DNA of 28,588 nucleotides from Candidatus Cloacimonadota bacterium. Its GTDB lineage: Bacteria; Cloacimonadota; Cloacimonadia; JGIOTU-2. Both the position numbers and the translations under genes were made by a program. The stretch's first letter is position 1; the number at the start of each line of letters is the position of its first letter. The notes beneath the pieces were generated by a model. That model was not told the origin of the DNA and did not search any database. It worked only from the letters and a program-made list of their open reading frames with translations. This document shows positions 1 through 9,600 of the stretch, piece after piece. The stretch spans positions 1-28,588 of the forward strand of contig JBNGBT010000017.1 in the NCBI GenBank assembly GCA_049903315.1, read 5' to 3'.

Positions 1-66
1 GTTAACACCAATGGAGAAATTAATAGCATATTTCTTCCCTAAAAGTGTAAACAACGCGTGAAAATC

Positions 67-1302
67 TTACATATAATCATTAAAATCATGCATCACAATA
101 CGGGAATCGTGTCCTATAGGTGATCTCAGGGGAGCATCTTTCAGGCATGTCATAATTTCCGTGGGATTCGATGGATTTGATACATCAAAAACATAAATAC
201 CATGACCGTAACTCTCATTAAAAAGATGATCGTTATAAAGATGTGTGGAATAATTAAAGCTTGGATATTCGTAATAATTCTCTACGAATTGTATCTCCTC
301 GTTTTCAATATGATATATCCCTATTCCATTCTGCCACGAACCGATATAAATGTAATTATTATCACTTGTAATGTAATACTCAACATAACTCTCAAAATCA
401 CAATAATTGAGAGATTGGGGATGATATATATTACTAATGTCAATCAGCTCTAATCCGTCAAACTGGGAAAGAATTATGTAATCTCCCTGAATCACGAAAT
501 TAATTCCGTTTTGGAGAGTTTCGGTTGGTTCATAATGAGCCATATATTCCCATTGAGTTATATCTGAAATATTCCAAAACGAAACAGCCGTTTGACCTGA
601 AACAACGCATATTGTGTCATTAATAATTTGAAATTGTTTAGGATTATAATCACCATGAATGTTATACACATCTATAGTTGCAATATACTCAAGATTTATA
701 ATGTTGTTGCTTTTATAAACATCAAATACGCTAGCTTCTGTAAAGTTTATACACAATGTATCATTGAGTGGTTGTAAAAACATATTATAATTTTCAATTG
801 TTCCATAAAAGTCTAGTCCTGGTGTCGTGTATATATAATCCGGACCATAAGATGTTTGGGCTATAAAATAATTCCCTATCATTATTGGTGTAATAAATTC
901 ATAGGAGTTGTCAAATTCAAAATTTTTTGTTATCTGTGGATTATACTTATCACTTATATCAACCTGATAAATATATAACGGCATTTGGTCGTAAGATATA
1001 TATGATCTTTTATAAGAGCCAATATAGAGAAAATCATCTTTCCTAACGAATTTCCACGAATTCGTTATGGGTAGTTCCGAAATTTTTAGCAATAATCCAT
1101 TATCCTTTATCATGTATATCTCCAAACCATAACTTGTGAGTGCATACATGTAAGGTGGTTCTATATCCATTGTTGTATTGGAATAATAGTTTTGACAAAA
1201 AGCAAACCTATGTACTTCTTCTATTGAAAAATTTATTGAAGCGGAGGGGGTTGAAACGAAAGTTGCAATGATTAATATAATCAACAGTATTATCTTTTTC
1301 AT
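67..1302 (-). CDS. Secreted LVIVD-repeat beta-propeller protein, possibly C-terminally truncated
   Basis: Signal peptide MKKIILLIILIIATFVSTPSA; GGAGG RBS just upstream (cctcc ~1306-1310); repeated LVIVD-like blades (YQVDISDKYNP, SFWNISDITQ, GLELIDISNIYHP, GIYVFDVSNPSNP). The ORF ends mid-blade with no CTD. Confidence 0.7.
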   Translation of the reverse strand: MKKIILLIILIIATFVSTPSASINFSIEEVHRFAFCQNYYSNTTMDIEPPYMYALTSYGLEIYMIKDNGLLLKISELPITNSWKFVRKDDFLYIGSYKRSYISYDQMPLYIYQVDISDKYNPQITKNFEFDNSYEFITPIMIGNYFIAQTSYGPDYIYTTPGLDFYGTIENYNMFLQPLNDTLCINFTEASVFDVYKSNNIINLEYIATIDVYNIHGDYNPKQFQIINDTICVVSGQTAVSFWNISDITQWEYMAHYEPTETLQNGINFVIQGDYIILSQFDGLELIDISNIYHPQSLNYCDFESYVEYYITSDNNYIYIGSWQNGIGIYHIENEEIQFVENYYEYPSFNYSTHLYNDHLFNESYGHGIYVFDVSNPSNPTEIMTCLKDAPLRSPIGHDSRIVMHDFNDYM

Positions 1303-1311
1303 ATTCCTCCT

Positions 1312-2583
1312 TTATTGTAATTTAACAACCTTCCCGACATGTTCGTCATCATTATTGAATTTATAGAAATATACACCTGTGCCCACTTCGTTGCCATTGT
1401 TGTCTTTTCCATCCCAGACTGCTTTATTAATTTTAAATTTTGAATTTTTAATTTTTAATTCTCTGATGAGTTGTCCTTTAATATTATAGATTTTAATCTC
1501 TGTGCTCTCTGTGTGCTCTGTGGTTTTATTGAACTGCAAAGTTATCGAGATCGAGAAGGGATTGGGGTAGCTCGTAAATTGGATCGTTTCAGTTGTTTCA
1601 AAATCTGTCGAGTATATTTCTTCTTTTTTAAAGACCTTACCCTGTTCTCCTGCGACATAGATGGATTCACCTGTATCAAAGACGCAGAAAAGATCTACGG
1701 GTGGATTGAGTGTATCATCAATGAACCAAGTTACACCACTGTTATTCGTCCGGAGAATCCTTCCGTTATCGCCGACTGCCCATCCCCGGCTTCCACAGAA
1801 ATGCACATCATTAAGAGTGCTGTTTGCTATACCGGTGTATACCTGTGTCATTGTAGAACACCCATTAGTCGTTCGATAAATTACTTCCGAAAGACTATTT
1901 GCCGTTCTTCCAACTATAATTCCGGTATTCTCATCAAAAAAGTGTATTCCTCCCACGTTCAAATCGTCATATATGTATATGGGATTCCAAAAATCACCCG
2001 CATTGTTTGTCTTGTACACCTTACTTTCATCTGCAGCTATGACAAATCCAACATTGTCATTAACAAAGTCTATGAATTTGACCTGCGGGTATCCGTTAAG
2101 AGATCTCGGCAGCCATGTTGTGCCAGTATTGGGTGTTCTATAAACATTTCCGTTATCAGCAGATACATACCCGATATCATGAGAAGGAAAATCGATATCA
2201 TATATGTTCGTGCAACCCATCTCCCAGATGAAGTTATTCCATTGTGTTCCACTGTCCGAAGTCTTAATAATAACACCAAATCCATTTGTGGCATCATGGC
2301 CGACAACAAAACCTGTATCACTATCTACAAAGAAAATCGAATATAAAGCTATGTTCGAATATGGAATGTTCTGGGTCCAGAAATACCCTCCTGTGGAAGT
2401 GCTTAAAACAATGGGATCTGCATCATTCTCAAAGCCGGTGAAGAAACCGAATTGGGGTGTGAGAAAATAGCAGTCATACAAATTATGCGTCACCCCGGAA
2501 TTAAGTTCCGTCCAGTCTGCGTGCAGGTTCCCCGTATTGCATATCACAAAAAGATATGCCATGCATATCAATAACCGTCTCAT
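1312..2583 (-). CDS. YCF48/BNR(Asp-box)-repeat beta-propeller protein with FlgD-Ig/T9SS-type C-terminal sorting domain
   Basis: Signal peptide; repeated (K/R)T.(D/N).G.TW motifs (KTSDSGTQW, RTPNTGTTW, KTNNAGDFW, RTNNSGVTW) and F.....G..VG; C-terminal YPNPF...IKIYNIKGQLIR...WDGKD..G..VGTGVYFY; GGAGG RBS. Confidence 0.85.
   Translation of the reverse strand: MRRLLICMAYLFVICNTGNLHADWTELNSGVTHNLYDCYFLTPQFGFFTGFENDADPIVLSTSTGGYFWTQNIPYSNIALYSIFFVDSDTGFVVGHDATNGFGVIIKTSDSGTQWNNFIWEMGCTNIYDIDFPSHDIGYVSADNGNVYRTPNTGTTWLPRSLNGYPQVKFIDFVNDNVGFVIAADESKVYKTNNAGDFWNPIYIYDDLNVGGIHFFDENTGIIVGRTANSLSEVIYRTTNGCSTMTQVYTGIANSTLNDVHFCGSRGWAVGDNGRILRTNNSGVTWFIDDTLNPPVDLFCVFDTGESIYVAGEQGKVFKKEEIYSTDFETTETIQFTSYPNPFSISITLQFNKTTEHTESTEIKIYNIKGQLIRELKIKNSKFKINKAVWDGKDNNGNEVGTGVYFYKFNNDDEHVGKVVKLQ
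1426..1524 (-). repeat. In-frame 7-bp and 9-bp arrays inside a CTD
   Basis: Plus strand 1426-1460: ATTAATT TTAAATT TTGAATT TTTAATT TTTAATT (encodes LKIKNSKFKIN on minus). Plus strand 1498-1524: CTCTGTGCT CTCTGTGTG CTCTGTGGT (encodes TTEHTESTE). Confidence 0.8.
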
Positions 2584-2655
2584 TGTACCTCCTTTGGGAA
2601 ATTCCCAAAATTAGTTATTCATAACATCCAATCCTTTCCTCGCCCGTTGGAAAGG

Positions 2656-4368
2656 TTACTTTAATTTTATTACTTTTTCAGTAAGGGTATTCCTTTCATT
2701 TTCAAGAGTACAAAAATATATACCGCTTTTTACTTCATTTCCATTCTCATCGCGTCCGTCCCAGGTTACTTCGACAAAGCGAAGTGGTGAAAATGTGTCT
2801 GTGAGAGTGCGTATAAGCTGTCCTTTGACATTATATATTTTAATTTGCATTATTTGGTGTGAATTCGTGGCTGGATTAAACGATATGGTGGTCGAAATCG
2901 AGAAAGGATTGGGTGCAGCTGTTAGAAAAACTGAGGATTCATCATATTCCGGTTCGACTGCCACTGGGATATAACCGAGTGTTCCGTTCGTATTTATGTT
3001 TTGGGCGTAAATATCTCTACCGCTGCGTTCATCTTCCCAGGCAAGCACCCATTGTGAACCAGTTAATTTACTTGCTTCAGGATGTACTTTTGATGAACTC
3101 ACTGAACACATTGTCACGATATCGCCTGTCCAGATAAACGCGCCATCACCATCCATGGCAACAGCTTTCACATAATCATCAACCAATCCTTCCGTATAAA
3201 AAACAGCCACTTCTGCATCGGTATATCCTGCACCGAAGAGATAAATATCCGTCAAGGCAAGAGGTATTATCATTTTGCCTGCATCTACCCATTTTCTTGT
3301 ACCGGCAATATCAAATTTCTGACCGTATATTCCGCGATAGTTTTGATCAGCATCCATTTCGTTCCAGTAGGCATAGAGCATCTGTGTGTCCTCAAGATAC
3401 GCAAGGAAAGGATAGTAATGCTCGTTTCCGAGGTTTGTGGAAGCGGCAACACCTTGCGACGTAAAAATGCACGTTCCGCTCGAATCAACATGTTGTACAT
3501 ACACATCAGCATTCATATTACCATCTCTGTCATCATGCCAGCCAATAAAGAAGCCGTAATTTCCATCAGGTATAATTGCCAGGTCTTGGGTCCACGCGGA
3601 AATACCACCAGAAGTGGAAATTGCACATGGCGGTGCCCAGAGTGCAGTGCCGTTTGTGTCAAATTTCTGAGCATAAATATATCGCGTCGGTGCCCAGGCC
3701 GGTCCGGAATCTTCATAATATTTAACGATTACATTATCATTTTCTACACCGATTGGCTGGGGCCATGTATAGCTGTTCGTGCCAGAGATTTCAATGCCTG
3801 TTGCACCCCAGAGTAATGTCCCACCCGGGCTGATTTTCTGAATACGAGTTACATCATCAGAAGTCCATGCAACAATTGCGTTCCCTGCACTGGTCACAGT
3901 TACTTTTGGTGCTGCATCGAAAGCTCCAGAATTAGAAAGTTCAAGCCCGTCAGCTCCCCACATAAAAGTTCCGTCTGGTGAAATACGATAAGCATAGATA
4001 TTATTATTTCCAGCATTTCGAACATCCTGGAATGTCAGAATAGCATAATTGTCCTGGTCGACTGTCATATCCCAGTCCGTAAGCCACGACATCGACGTAT
4101 GATTACTAACAAGTATGCCATTAGCTACCCATTGCGCATTTCCCGCAGAATCAAATCGCTGTAATCGGACATTATAATTTCCTTCTTCGTTAGCATAATA
4201 TCCAAAATAGATATCTCCGGTCGGTCCGGGAACGACTTTGGGAATTGCATCTTCGCCGGGGAGATTGCATACAACAGTATTAACAGATGGATCTGATGTC
4301 CATTCGGCATACAGTGCAATTGTATACAATGCGCATAGTAAAATTGTAAGAAAAACACTTTTTTTCAT
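2656..4368 (-). CDS. Secreted repeat (probable beta-propeller) protein with FlgD-Ig/T9SS-type CTD
   Basis: Start moved to ATG 4368 (MKKSVF...), preceded by GGAGG at 4373-4377. Repeats of the form W.D.R....DIYAQ..D..G...W...G; CTD APNPF...IKIYNVKGQLIR...WDGRDENG..V.SGIYF. Confidence 0.8.
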   Translation of the reverse strand: MKKSVFLTILLCALYTIALYAEWTSDPSVNTVVCNLPGEDAIPKVVPGPTGDIYFGYYANEEGNYNVRLQRFDSAGNAQWVANGILVSNHTSMSWLTDWDMTVDQDNYAILTFQDVRNAGNNNIYAYRISPDGTFMWGADGLELSNSGAFDAAPKVTVTSAGNAIVAWTSDDVTRIQKISPGGTLLWGATGIEISGTNSYTWPQPIGVENDNVIVKYYEDSGPAWAPTRYIYAQKFDTNGTALWAPPCAISTSGGISAWTQDLAIIPDGNYGFFIGWHDDRDGNMNADVYVQHVDSSGTCIFTSQGVAASTNLGNEHYYPFLAYLEDTQMLYAYWNEMDADQNYRGIYGQKFDIAGTRKWVDAGKMIIPLALTDIYLFGAGYTDAEVAVFYTEGLVDDYVKAVAMDGDGAFIWTGDIVTMCSVSSSKVHPEASKLTGSQWVLAWEDERSGRDIYAQNINTNGTLGYIPVAVEPEYDESSVFLTAAPNPFSISTTISFNPATNSHQIMQIKIYNVKGQLIRTLTDTFSPLRFVEVTWDGRDENGNEVKSGIYFCTLENERNTLTEKVIKLK

Positions 4369-4434
4369 ATATCCTCCGTGTTTCAATTTCCATTTATCTA
4401 AAAATTATGATACCTGCTGTCAAGAAACAGATAA

Positions 4435-4464
4435 TAATAAAAAAGACGCACCGAAGTGCGCCTT
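4435..4464 (-). terminator. Rho-independent terminator of the 857-aa gene
   Basis: Minus strand reads GGCGCAC-TTCG-GTGCGTC-TTTTTT: a GC stem, C(UUCG)G loop and U tract, ~25 nt after the stop at 4488. Confidence 0.85.
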
Positions 4465-4487
4465 ATATTTTCATGTTGGGAAATTTC

Positions 4488-7061
4488 TTACTTCATTAAG
4501 ATCATTTTCTTTGTGACAATTTTTTTGCCTGTATCAAGAGTATAGAAATAAATTCCATTCGTCACTGTTTTTCCGTTTTCATCAAGACCGTTCCATACGG
4601 CAGATTGGTTTTCAGGAGTAAGAGAACGCACGAGCTGACCATGAATATTGTAGATGTCTATGGTGCCTGTTACATGGTGAGGAAGTGAGAAGGAAATTGT
4701 GGTCGATCCGTTGAAGGGATTTGGGTGGTTCTGAATAACGATCTCGTTGCCTGGAATAGGATCTACAGATACATTCGAAATAATATCACTAGCGTCACGA
4801 GGATTGATGCGATAATAAGTGTCGGTATAATTCCAATCAACGACTCCGATGATATCATACGGATCGCCGGATGCAACTGCCGAATCAAGAAGCGTTCCCG
4901 TGACAGCATAATTATAATCAACGGCATCGCCAATCACAAATGTCGTAGTTCCGCTGTCATCTGTGCCAACATACGCATCTGTGTCGATGCCCTGGATAAC
5001 CGCATTCTCTATCTTGATAAGCTGACCTTCCCATATTTCCGCAGGATCGGTGTTTGCAGGAATTGTCCAGTCTATGTTCAGTCCGGCAATAGTTGTGGGG
5101 ATGACTTCTTCACCCGTTTCAGAATCAAGGAGTACCGGATCTACGAGTTCAGTTTTATTATTGTATTCGTCACGTGTCGCATAGAAAAGTACATCATCAT
5201 TCACAAACACAAGATCGATAAAATCATAATCAAAAACATGAACACCATTATAAGCACCCGTGTCATCACTTACCCAAACATCGCTGAACTCATCGTTCGC
5301 AGTTACAGTAGCAAAGAATGTTGCCACTCTGTCATTCTGGATATGCCCTTTACTGGGATTATTTGTATTTGTCAGTGCAATCGGGGTGATGCCCGCATAG
5401 AAATCATAATCCGTATCGCTGTTGGAATCCCAGATATTATCAAGTGTGAGATCTCCGATCATATCCTGTGATGAGCCTGAAAGGTGAACGATTTGTGGTT
5501 CATCCCCATCTATCTCCACAGTACTAAAGGTAATTGTAGCTGTTCCAGTAAGGTAATACCAGCCTGGAGAAGCGCTTGTCATATCAAGATCATAAAGCAC
5601 GTCCATTGCATCAACACTAAGAGCCCATGCCTTAATAACACTCGGTTCGCCGCCGCTTGGAGTAATGTCATCTCCGGAGCGTGGATTTATTCGATAGTAG
5701 CCATCGCCGTTTCTCCAATCCACTACACCAACGATATTAACAGGATTCCCGGATGAAACTGCTGCGTCGAGGGCAGTACCGGTAGATGCATATTGGTAAT
5801 CAACCTTATCTCCGATAATGAAACTCGTTACCCACTCGTCGTCTGAGCCTACATAGAGGTCAGTTTTTACTATCGTTGCAACTTCCACGTTTTCAATCAG
5901 GACAAGCTGTGCTTCCCACTGCTCTGCCGGGTTTGTATTTGCAGGAATGGTCTGATCGATTTCAGATCCATCAATAGCAGTTGGGGATATAGCAAATCCG
6001 CTGTATGAATTGAGAATTACGGGATTAACCAGTTCAGTTTGATTGAGATATTCATCTCGCTCTGCAACAAAGAGCACTTGATCGTCTACAGCCACATCAT
6101 TGAAAAAATTATAATCATAAACCATTGCACCGTTGTATGCACCTTCGAAATCGCTGAGCCACACATCACTATAATCATCGTTCGCTGTAACTGTCGCATC
6201 AAAGGTTGCCAGAATGCCGTTTTCAATATGCCCGTCACTTGGCCAGAGGGTATTTGTCAGAGCTATAGGAGTAATTCCTGCATAAAATTCATAATCTGTT
6301 GTATTTGCCAGGTCAGTAATTGTATCCAATGTCAGGTCGCCGATCATGCTCTGGGAAGCATCGGTCAGGTGAACAAGGGTTGGATCGGTTCCGTCGATTG
6401 TGGCACCGGTAAAGGTGATCGTTGCAGTTCCAGTAAGTTGATAGTCGGCTGCTGAAACAGAAGTCATGGCTCCAACATATTCTATATCCATATCCTCTGT
6501 GCCTATGGCATATGCTTTTGCAATAGAATTTCCACTTGGCCAGCTTTCAAAATCACCATTTGTTACAGGTAATGAAGTTCCTGTTGGCGATTCAACAGTT
6601 ACATCATCCACATAACAGTCTTCTGGAGCAGCGAAGCCCGAAGTGTCATAGAACCGGAGACGAAGTTCCAGCGCTGTAGCGCCTGTCGGCACAACATCAC
6701 TCTGAGTATATTGTGCCCAACCACCTGTGTCGGGTCCTATATACGTGCCAGGATAGGAAGTTGATGCACCCACCCAATCCAACGCGCAAGTAATTCTTAC
6801 GTGTTCACTGGTGTAAGCCCAGAAAGAAACTGTATACGTGTTACCGGCAGTTAGTGGAATTGCAACATCATTACTGAAGTCGCAATTTGCCTGTGTGCCG
6901 GAATTTACTACGACTTTACAGCTGTACGTGCCACCGTGTACAATAGTGTCTTCCTGATAGGTGTCAATATCGGTATCGCCCGTCCAGTCGTCGGGTAATG
7001 CCTGGGCAAAACAAAGTCCCGCCCACAAAAGAAGACTTAATAAAATAGCTAATTTTTTCAT
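4488..7061 (-). CDS. Large acidic secreted protein: N-terminal CBM-like jelly roll, two ~290-aa internal repeats with OB-fold-like units, CTD
   Basis: Signal peptide; N-terminal domain ending YVDDVTV...NGDFESW (CBM4/9-like style); duplicated module, each copy ending Y.RINPR...DI; CTD QNHPNPFN...IYNIHGQLVR...WNGLDENG...NGIYFY...KKMILMK; GGAGG RBS. Confidence 0.75.
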   Translation of the reverse strand: MKKLAILLSLLLWAGLCFAQALPDDWTGDTDIDTYQEDTIVHGGTYSCKVVVNSGTQANCDFSNDVAIPLTAGNTYTVSFWAYTSEHVRITCALDWVGASTSYPGTYIGPDTGGWAQYTQSDVVPTGATALELRLRFYDTSGFAAPEDCYVDDVTVESPTGTSLPVTNGDFESWPSGNSIAKAYAIGTEDMDIEYVGAMTSVSAADYQLTGTATITFTGATIDGTDPTLVHLTDASQSMIGDLTLDTITDLANTTDYEFYAGITPIALTNTLWPSDGHIENGILATFDATVTANDDYSDVWLSDFEGAYNGAMVYDYNFFNDVAVDDQVLFVAERDEYLNQTELVNPVILNSYSGFAISPTAIDGSEIDQTIPANTNPAEQWEAQLVLIENVEVATIVKTDLYVGSDDEWVTSFIIGDKVDYQYASTGTALDAAVSSGNPVNIVGVVDWRNGDGYYRINPRSGDDITPSGGEPSVIKAWALSVDAMDVLYDLDMTSASPGWYYLTGTATITFSTVEIDGDEPQIVHLSGSSQDMIGDLTLDNIWDSNSDTDYDFYAGITPIALTNTNNPSKGHIQNDRVATFFATVTANDEFSDVWVSDDTGAYNGVHVFDYDFIDLVFVNDDVLFYATRDEYNNKTELVDPVLLDSETGEEVIPTTIAGLNIDWTIPANTDPAEIWEGQLIKIENAVIQGIDTDAYVGTDDSGTTTFVIGDAVDYNYAVTGTLLDSAVASGDPYDIIGVVDWNYTDTYYRINPRDASDIISNVSVDPIPGNEIVIQNHPNPFNGSTTISFSLPHHVTGTIDIYNIHGQLVRSLTPENQSAVWNGLDENGKTVTNGIYFYTLDTGKKIVTKKMILMK

Positions 7062-7163
7062 GCTACCTCCATATAAGTTTTTGTTGTTTTCATTATTTTT
7101 TTCATGCGCCTGTTATGTTAAATTATGATAAAAACCTGTCAATATTTTGCATAATGAGAAAAA

Positions 7164-8285
7164 TTATAAATAGTTTCCCTGAGAGTGAAGTCTTTTCCGA
7201 AGCTCATAATATGTGTTTATGAGAATAAGTTCATGGTGGACATGTCCACTCAGCATACGCTTACAGTCTTCAAACAGTAGAATAATGTTTTGTATGATAC
7301 GATCGGAGACCTGATACATATCAAGGAATTCCTGCAGCTTATCCTCATGATCAATGTTTGAGATAGCTTCAGATCCATGGGTATAACTGCATACGTCATC
7401 AAACCAGATAGCGAGGAAATCCAGAATATCTTTCAAGAGCTCTTCGTTGCGGTTGCTTGCAAAATTCTGGGAGATCCGATGGATCGTTGCAAGATTGTCT
7501 TTCATAAGCGCATCAATGATATCGAGCGCTATTTTTCTGGCTTCAATGAAATCTGTTTTTGAAAATTGAACTGCTTTTGCCATACTGCCGTTTGCGATGC
7601 GCGCGCTTATCCGTGCCAAAGTCGGTTCGGTGTAATAATGCTGTACGAGATGTTCCTCAATGATTTTCGCAGGAATAGCATTGAACCGGACTTTCTGACA
7701 TCGGGATATGATCGTTGGCAGAAGCTGTGAGTAATTGGTGGTTGTGAGTATTATTGCGGCATATGGAGGAGGTTCTTCAAGGGTTTTCAAAAAAGCATTG
7801 GCTGCCTGAACCGTCATTTCCTCTGCCTGCAGGATTATCACAACGCGATAATTTCCTTCATTTGGGCGATAACGAAGTTTCCGCTCTATCATACGGATGC
7901 TGTCAACATGTATGGCAGTTGCTTTACCAAACTGCATACGCTCATACGGTGTGAGTTTAAGCTGCTCAATATATGCCTGCGCTTTCTGCTGTTCTTCCTG
8001 CTTCTTATACTCTCCTTCATCGGACACATCAAATTTTGGAGTAGGAAAGATCAGATCAACGTCCGGGTGAGTGAAGGAATCTATTTTATGACACGAAGGA
8101 CAGGTCTCATCAGCTCCCGCGTCCGGATGCTTACAATTGATGATCTTTGCAAACTCAAGCGCTGTAGAGAGTTTGCCCACACCCGCAGGTCCGTAAAAGA
8201 GATAGCTCTGCCCTGCTTTTCCTTCATTAATAAGCTGGGCAAGTATTCTATGTGCTTGCGGCTGTCCCTTAATAAGCTTAAACAT
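7164..8285 (-). CDS. holB: DNA polymerase III subunit delta'
   Basis: YLFYGPAGVGK P-loop, Cys motif C...CPSC, HPD, AEEMTVQAANAFLKTLEEPP, LLPTIISRCQ. Confidence 0.93.
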   Translation of the reverse strand: MFKLIKGQPQAHRILAQLINEGKAGQSYLFYGPAGVGKLSTALEFAKIINCKHPDAGADETCPSCHKIDSFTHPDVDLIFPTPKFDVSDEGEYKKQEEQQKAQAYIEQLKLTPYERMQFGKATAIHVDSIRMIERKLRYRPNEGNYRVVIILQAEEMTVQAANAFLKTLEEPPPYAAIILTTTNYSQLLPTIISRCQKVRFNAIPAKIIEEHLVQHYYTEPTLARISARIANGSMAKAVQFSKTDFIEARKIALDIIDALMKDNLATIHRISQNFASNRNEELLKDILDFLAIWFDDVCSYTHGSEAISNIDHEDKLQEFLDMYQVSDRIIQNIILLFEDCKRMLSGHVHHELILINTYYELRKRLHSQGNYL

Positions 8286-8291
8286 GGGATA

Positions 8292-9587
8292 CTATTCCTC
8301 TTCTTCCACATGTATCTCGTCAGCTTTCTGGAGAGCTATTTTGGTGAGAATCGGACCGATGATCTCAAAGAAAATACAGGTGGCTGTTACTGTTGTAATG
8401 ACAATTGTGCCGATCTGATCTCCGCTTGTAACGAGTGTTTTTCCGGTTGTATCAATCACTTTACCAAGTCCGCTGAAATCCTGTTTTACAATAAGCGACA
8501 AGCCGATCGCAACACCAGCTTGAGAGAGTATTCCTAATCCAATATAATTACGCACGTTTTTAGAAACTTTTCCAAAAAGGGCCCCAAGTCGTGACCCTCC
8601 GATCAGTCCTGCTGATCGTGCAACAATATATGCGACACCAAGCAATCCGAGAGAAGGTAATGCTGTAATCTGAAGATTGGTTCCCGCAAGGGTGAAAAAT
8701 AGAATGAACAGAAGTGGAATAACATTAGTGAGTTCTTTGTGCATGATCTCAATAAGATTACGTCTCTGTGTGTTTATGATCAAAATTCCGGCTGTCATGT
8801 TGGTGAGGATCAGAGAAAGATGAAGGGCATTTGAGATTCCTACCATTAGGAGCACCACGCCGAAAATATGGATGAAATAATCACTTGAACTTTTTAGTTT
8901 TCTCACCAATATACAGAAAAGCGCACCAACAATGAGTCCGATAATAATGCTCAGAGCGATCTCTTTCAAAGGTGTAAGGATTAGTGAGAAAAATCCTCCT
9001 GATGTAGTGCCGGCTTGATTATTCAGAATATTTTTTGCAATAGCCGATGCAAATCCAAAAATGATTATTCCAAGCCCGTCATCGAAACCGACGACAGCAT
9101 AGAGCGCTTTTGTTAGCGGTCCTTTTGCGCGATATTCTTTTATAACAGCAACTGTGCCTGCTGGAGCGCTGGCAGGGGCAATCGAACCAAAAATAAGAGC
9201 CAGAATAATATTTCCGGTGACAATCCACACAACAAAAAATACAAGGATGAACGCACCAAAGGACTCGGCAAATATTATCGAGATAATGCCCGATCCCTGT
9301 TTCTTAAGGTCATTCAAATTGAGTTCGAGCCCGATCGTAAGGGCAACAAAACCGAGTGCAATTTCAGTAATAAAAGAAAGCTGGCTTTGTATCGAGGGCG
9401 TTAATACACCCAAAAAGGATGGTCCAATAAGCACACCAAAAAACATGTAACCGATTATGAGTGGAAGCCGAATCGTTTTCGTGAGTTTTCCAAAATAGAA
9501 GCTGACCAGCGCGACCATGCCTATCAATGCGAGAATCGGAAGGGAGTGTGCCATAAAGTAGTGCTGAATTGAAGTGAAAAAGTTCAT
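8292..9587 (-). CDS. Cation:proton antiporter (Na+/H+ exchanger family, CPA2-like)
   Basis: About 12 hydrophobic segments; LPLIIGYMFFGVLIGP, IALGFVALTIGLEL, APASAPAGT, VGFDD, RSAG, GILSQAGVAIGL, EIIGP. Confidence 0.9.
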   Translation of the reverse strand: MNFFTSIQHYFMAHSLPILALIGMVALVSFYFGKLTKTIRLPLIIGYMFFGVLIGPSFLGVLTPSIQSQLSFITEIALGFVALTIGLELNLNDLKKQGSGIISIIFAESFGAFILVFFVVWIVTGNIILALIFGSIAPASAPAGTVAVIKEYRAKGPLTKALYAVVGFDDGLGIIIFGFASAIAKNILNNQAGTTSGGFFSLILTPLKEIALSIIIGLIVGALFCILVRKLKSSSDYFIHIFGVVLLMVGISNALHLSLILTNMTAGILIINTQRRNLIEIMHKELTNVIPLLFILFFTLAGTNLQITALPSLGLLGVAYIVARSAGLIGGSRLGALFGKVSKNVRNYIGLGILSQAGVAIGLSLIVKQDFSGLGKVIDTTGKTLVTSGDQIGTIVITTVTATCIFFEIIGPILTKIALQKADEIHVEEEE

Positions 9588-9600
9588 TTTGCCGCTCTCT

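Noticed and set aside
1..42. 3' end of a plus-strand gene or transposase (VNTNGEINSIFLP*)
   Set aside because: Thirteen codons are too few to call; kept only as a possibility in the truncation finding.
1471..2346. 291-aa plus-strand ORF
   Set aside because: Antisense shadow of the well-supported YCF48-like gene; no motifs or RBS.
2768..2785. REP-like hairpin ACTTCG-ACAAAG-CGAAGT in a CTD loop
   Set aside because: Only a 6-bp stem and single copy; the loop aligns with the 8-mer loop at 28552-28583, so it is not supported as an independent element.
4725..6455. Plus-strand ORFs of 248, 90 and 138 aa
   Set aside because: Antisense to the 857-aa gene; composition typical of reverse-frame shadows.
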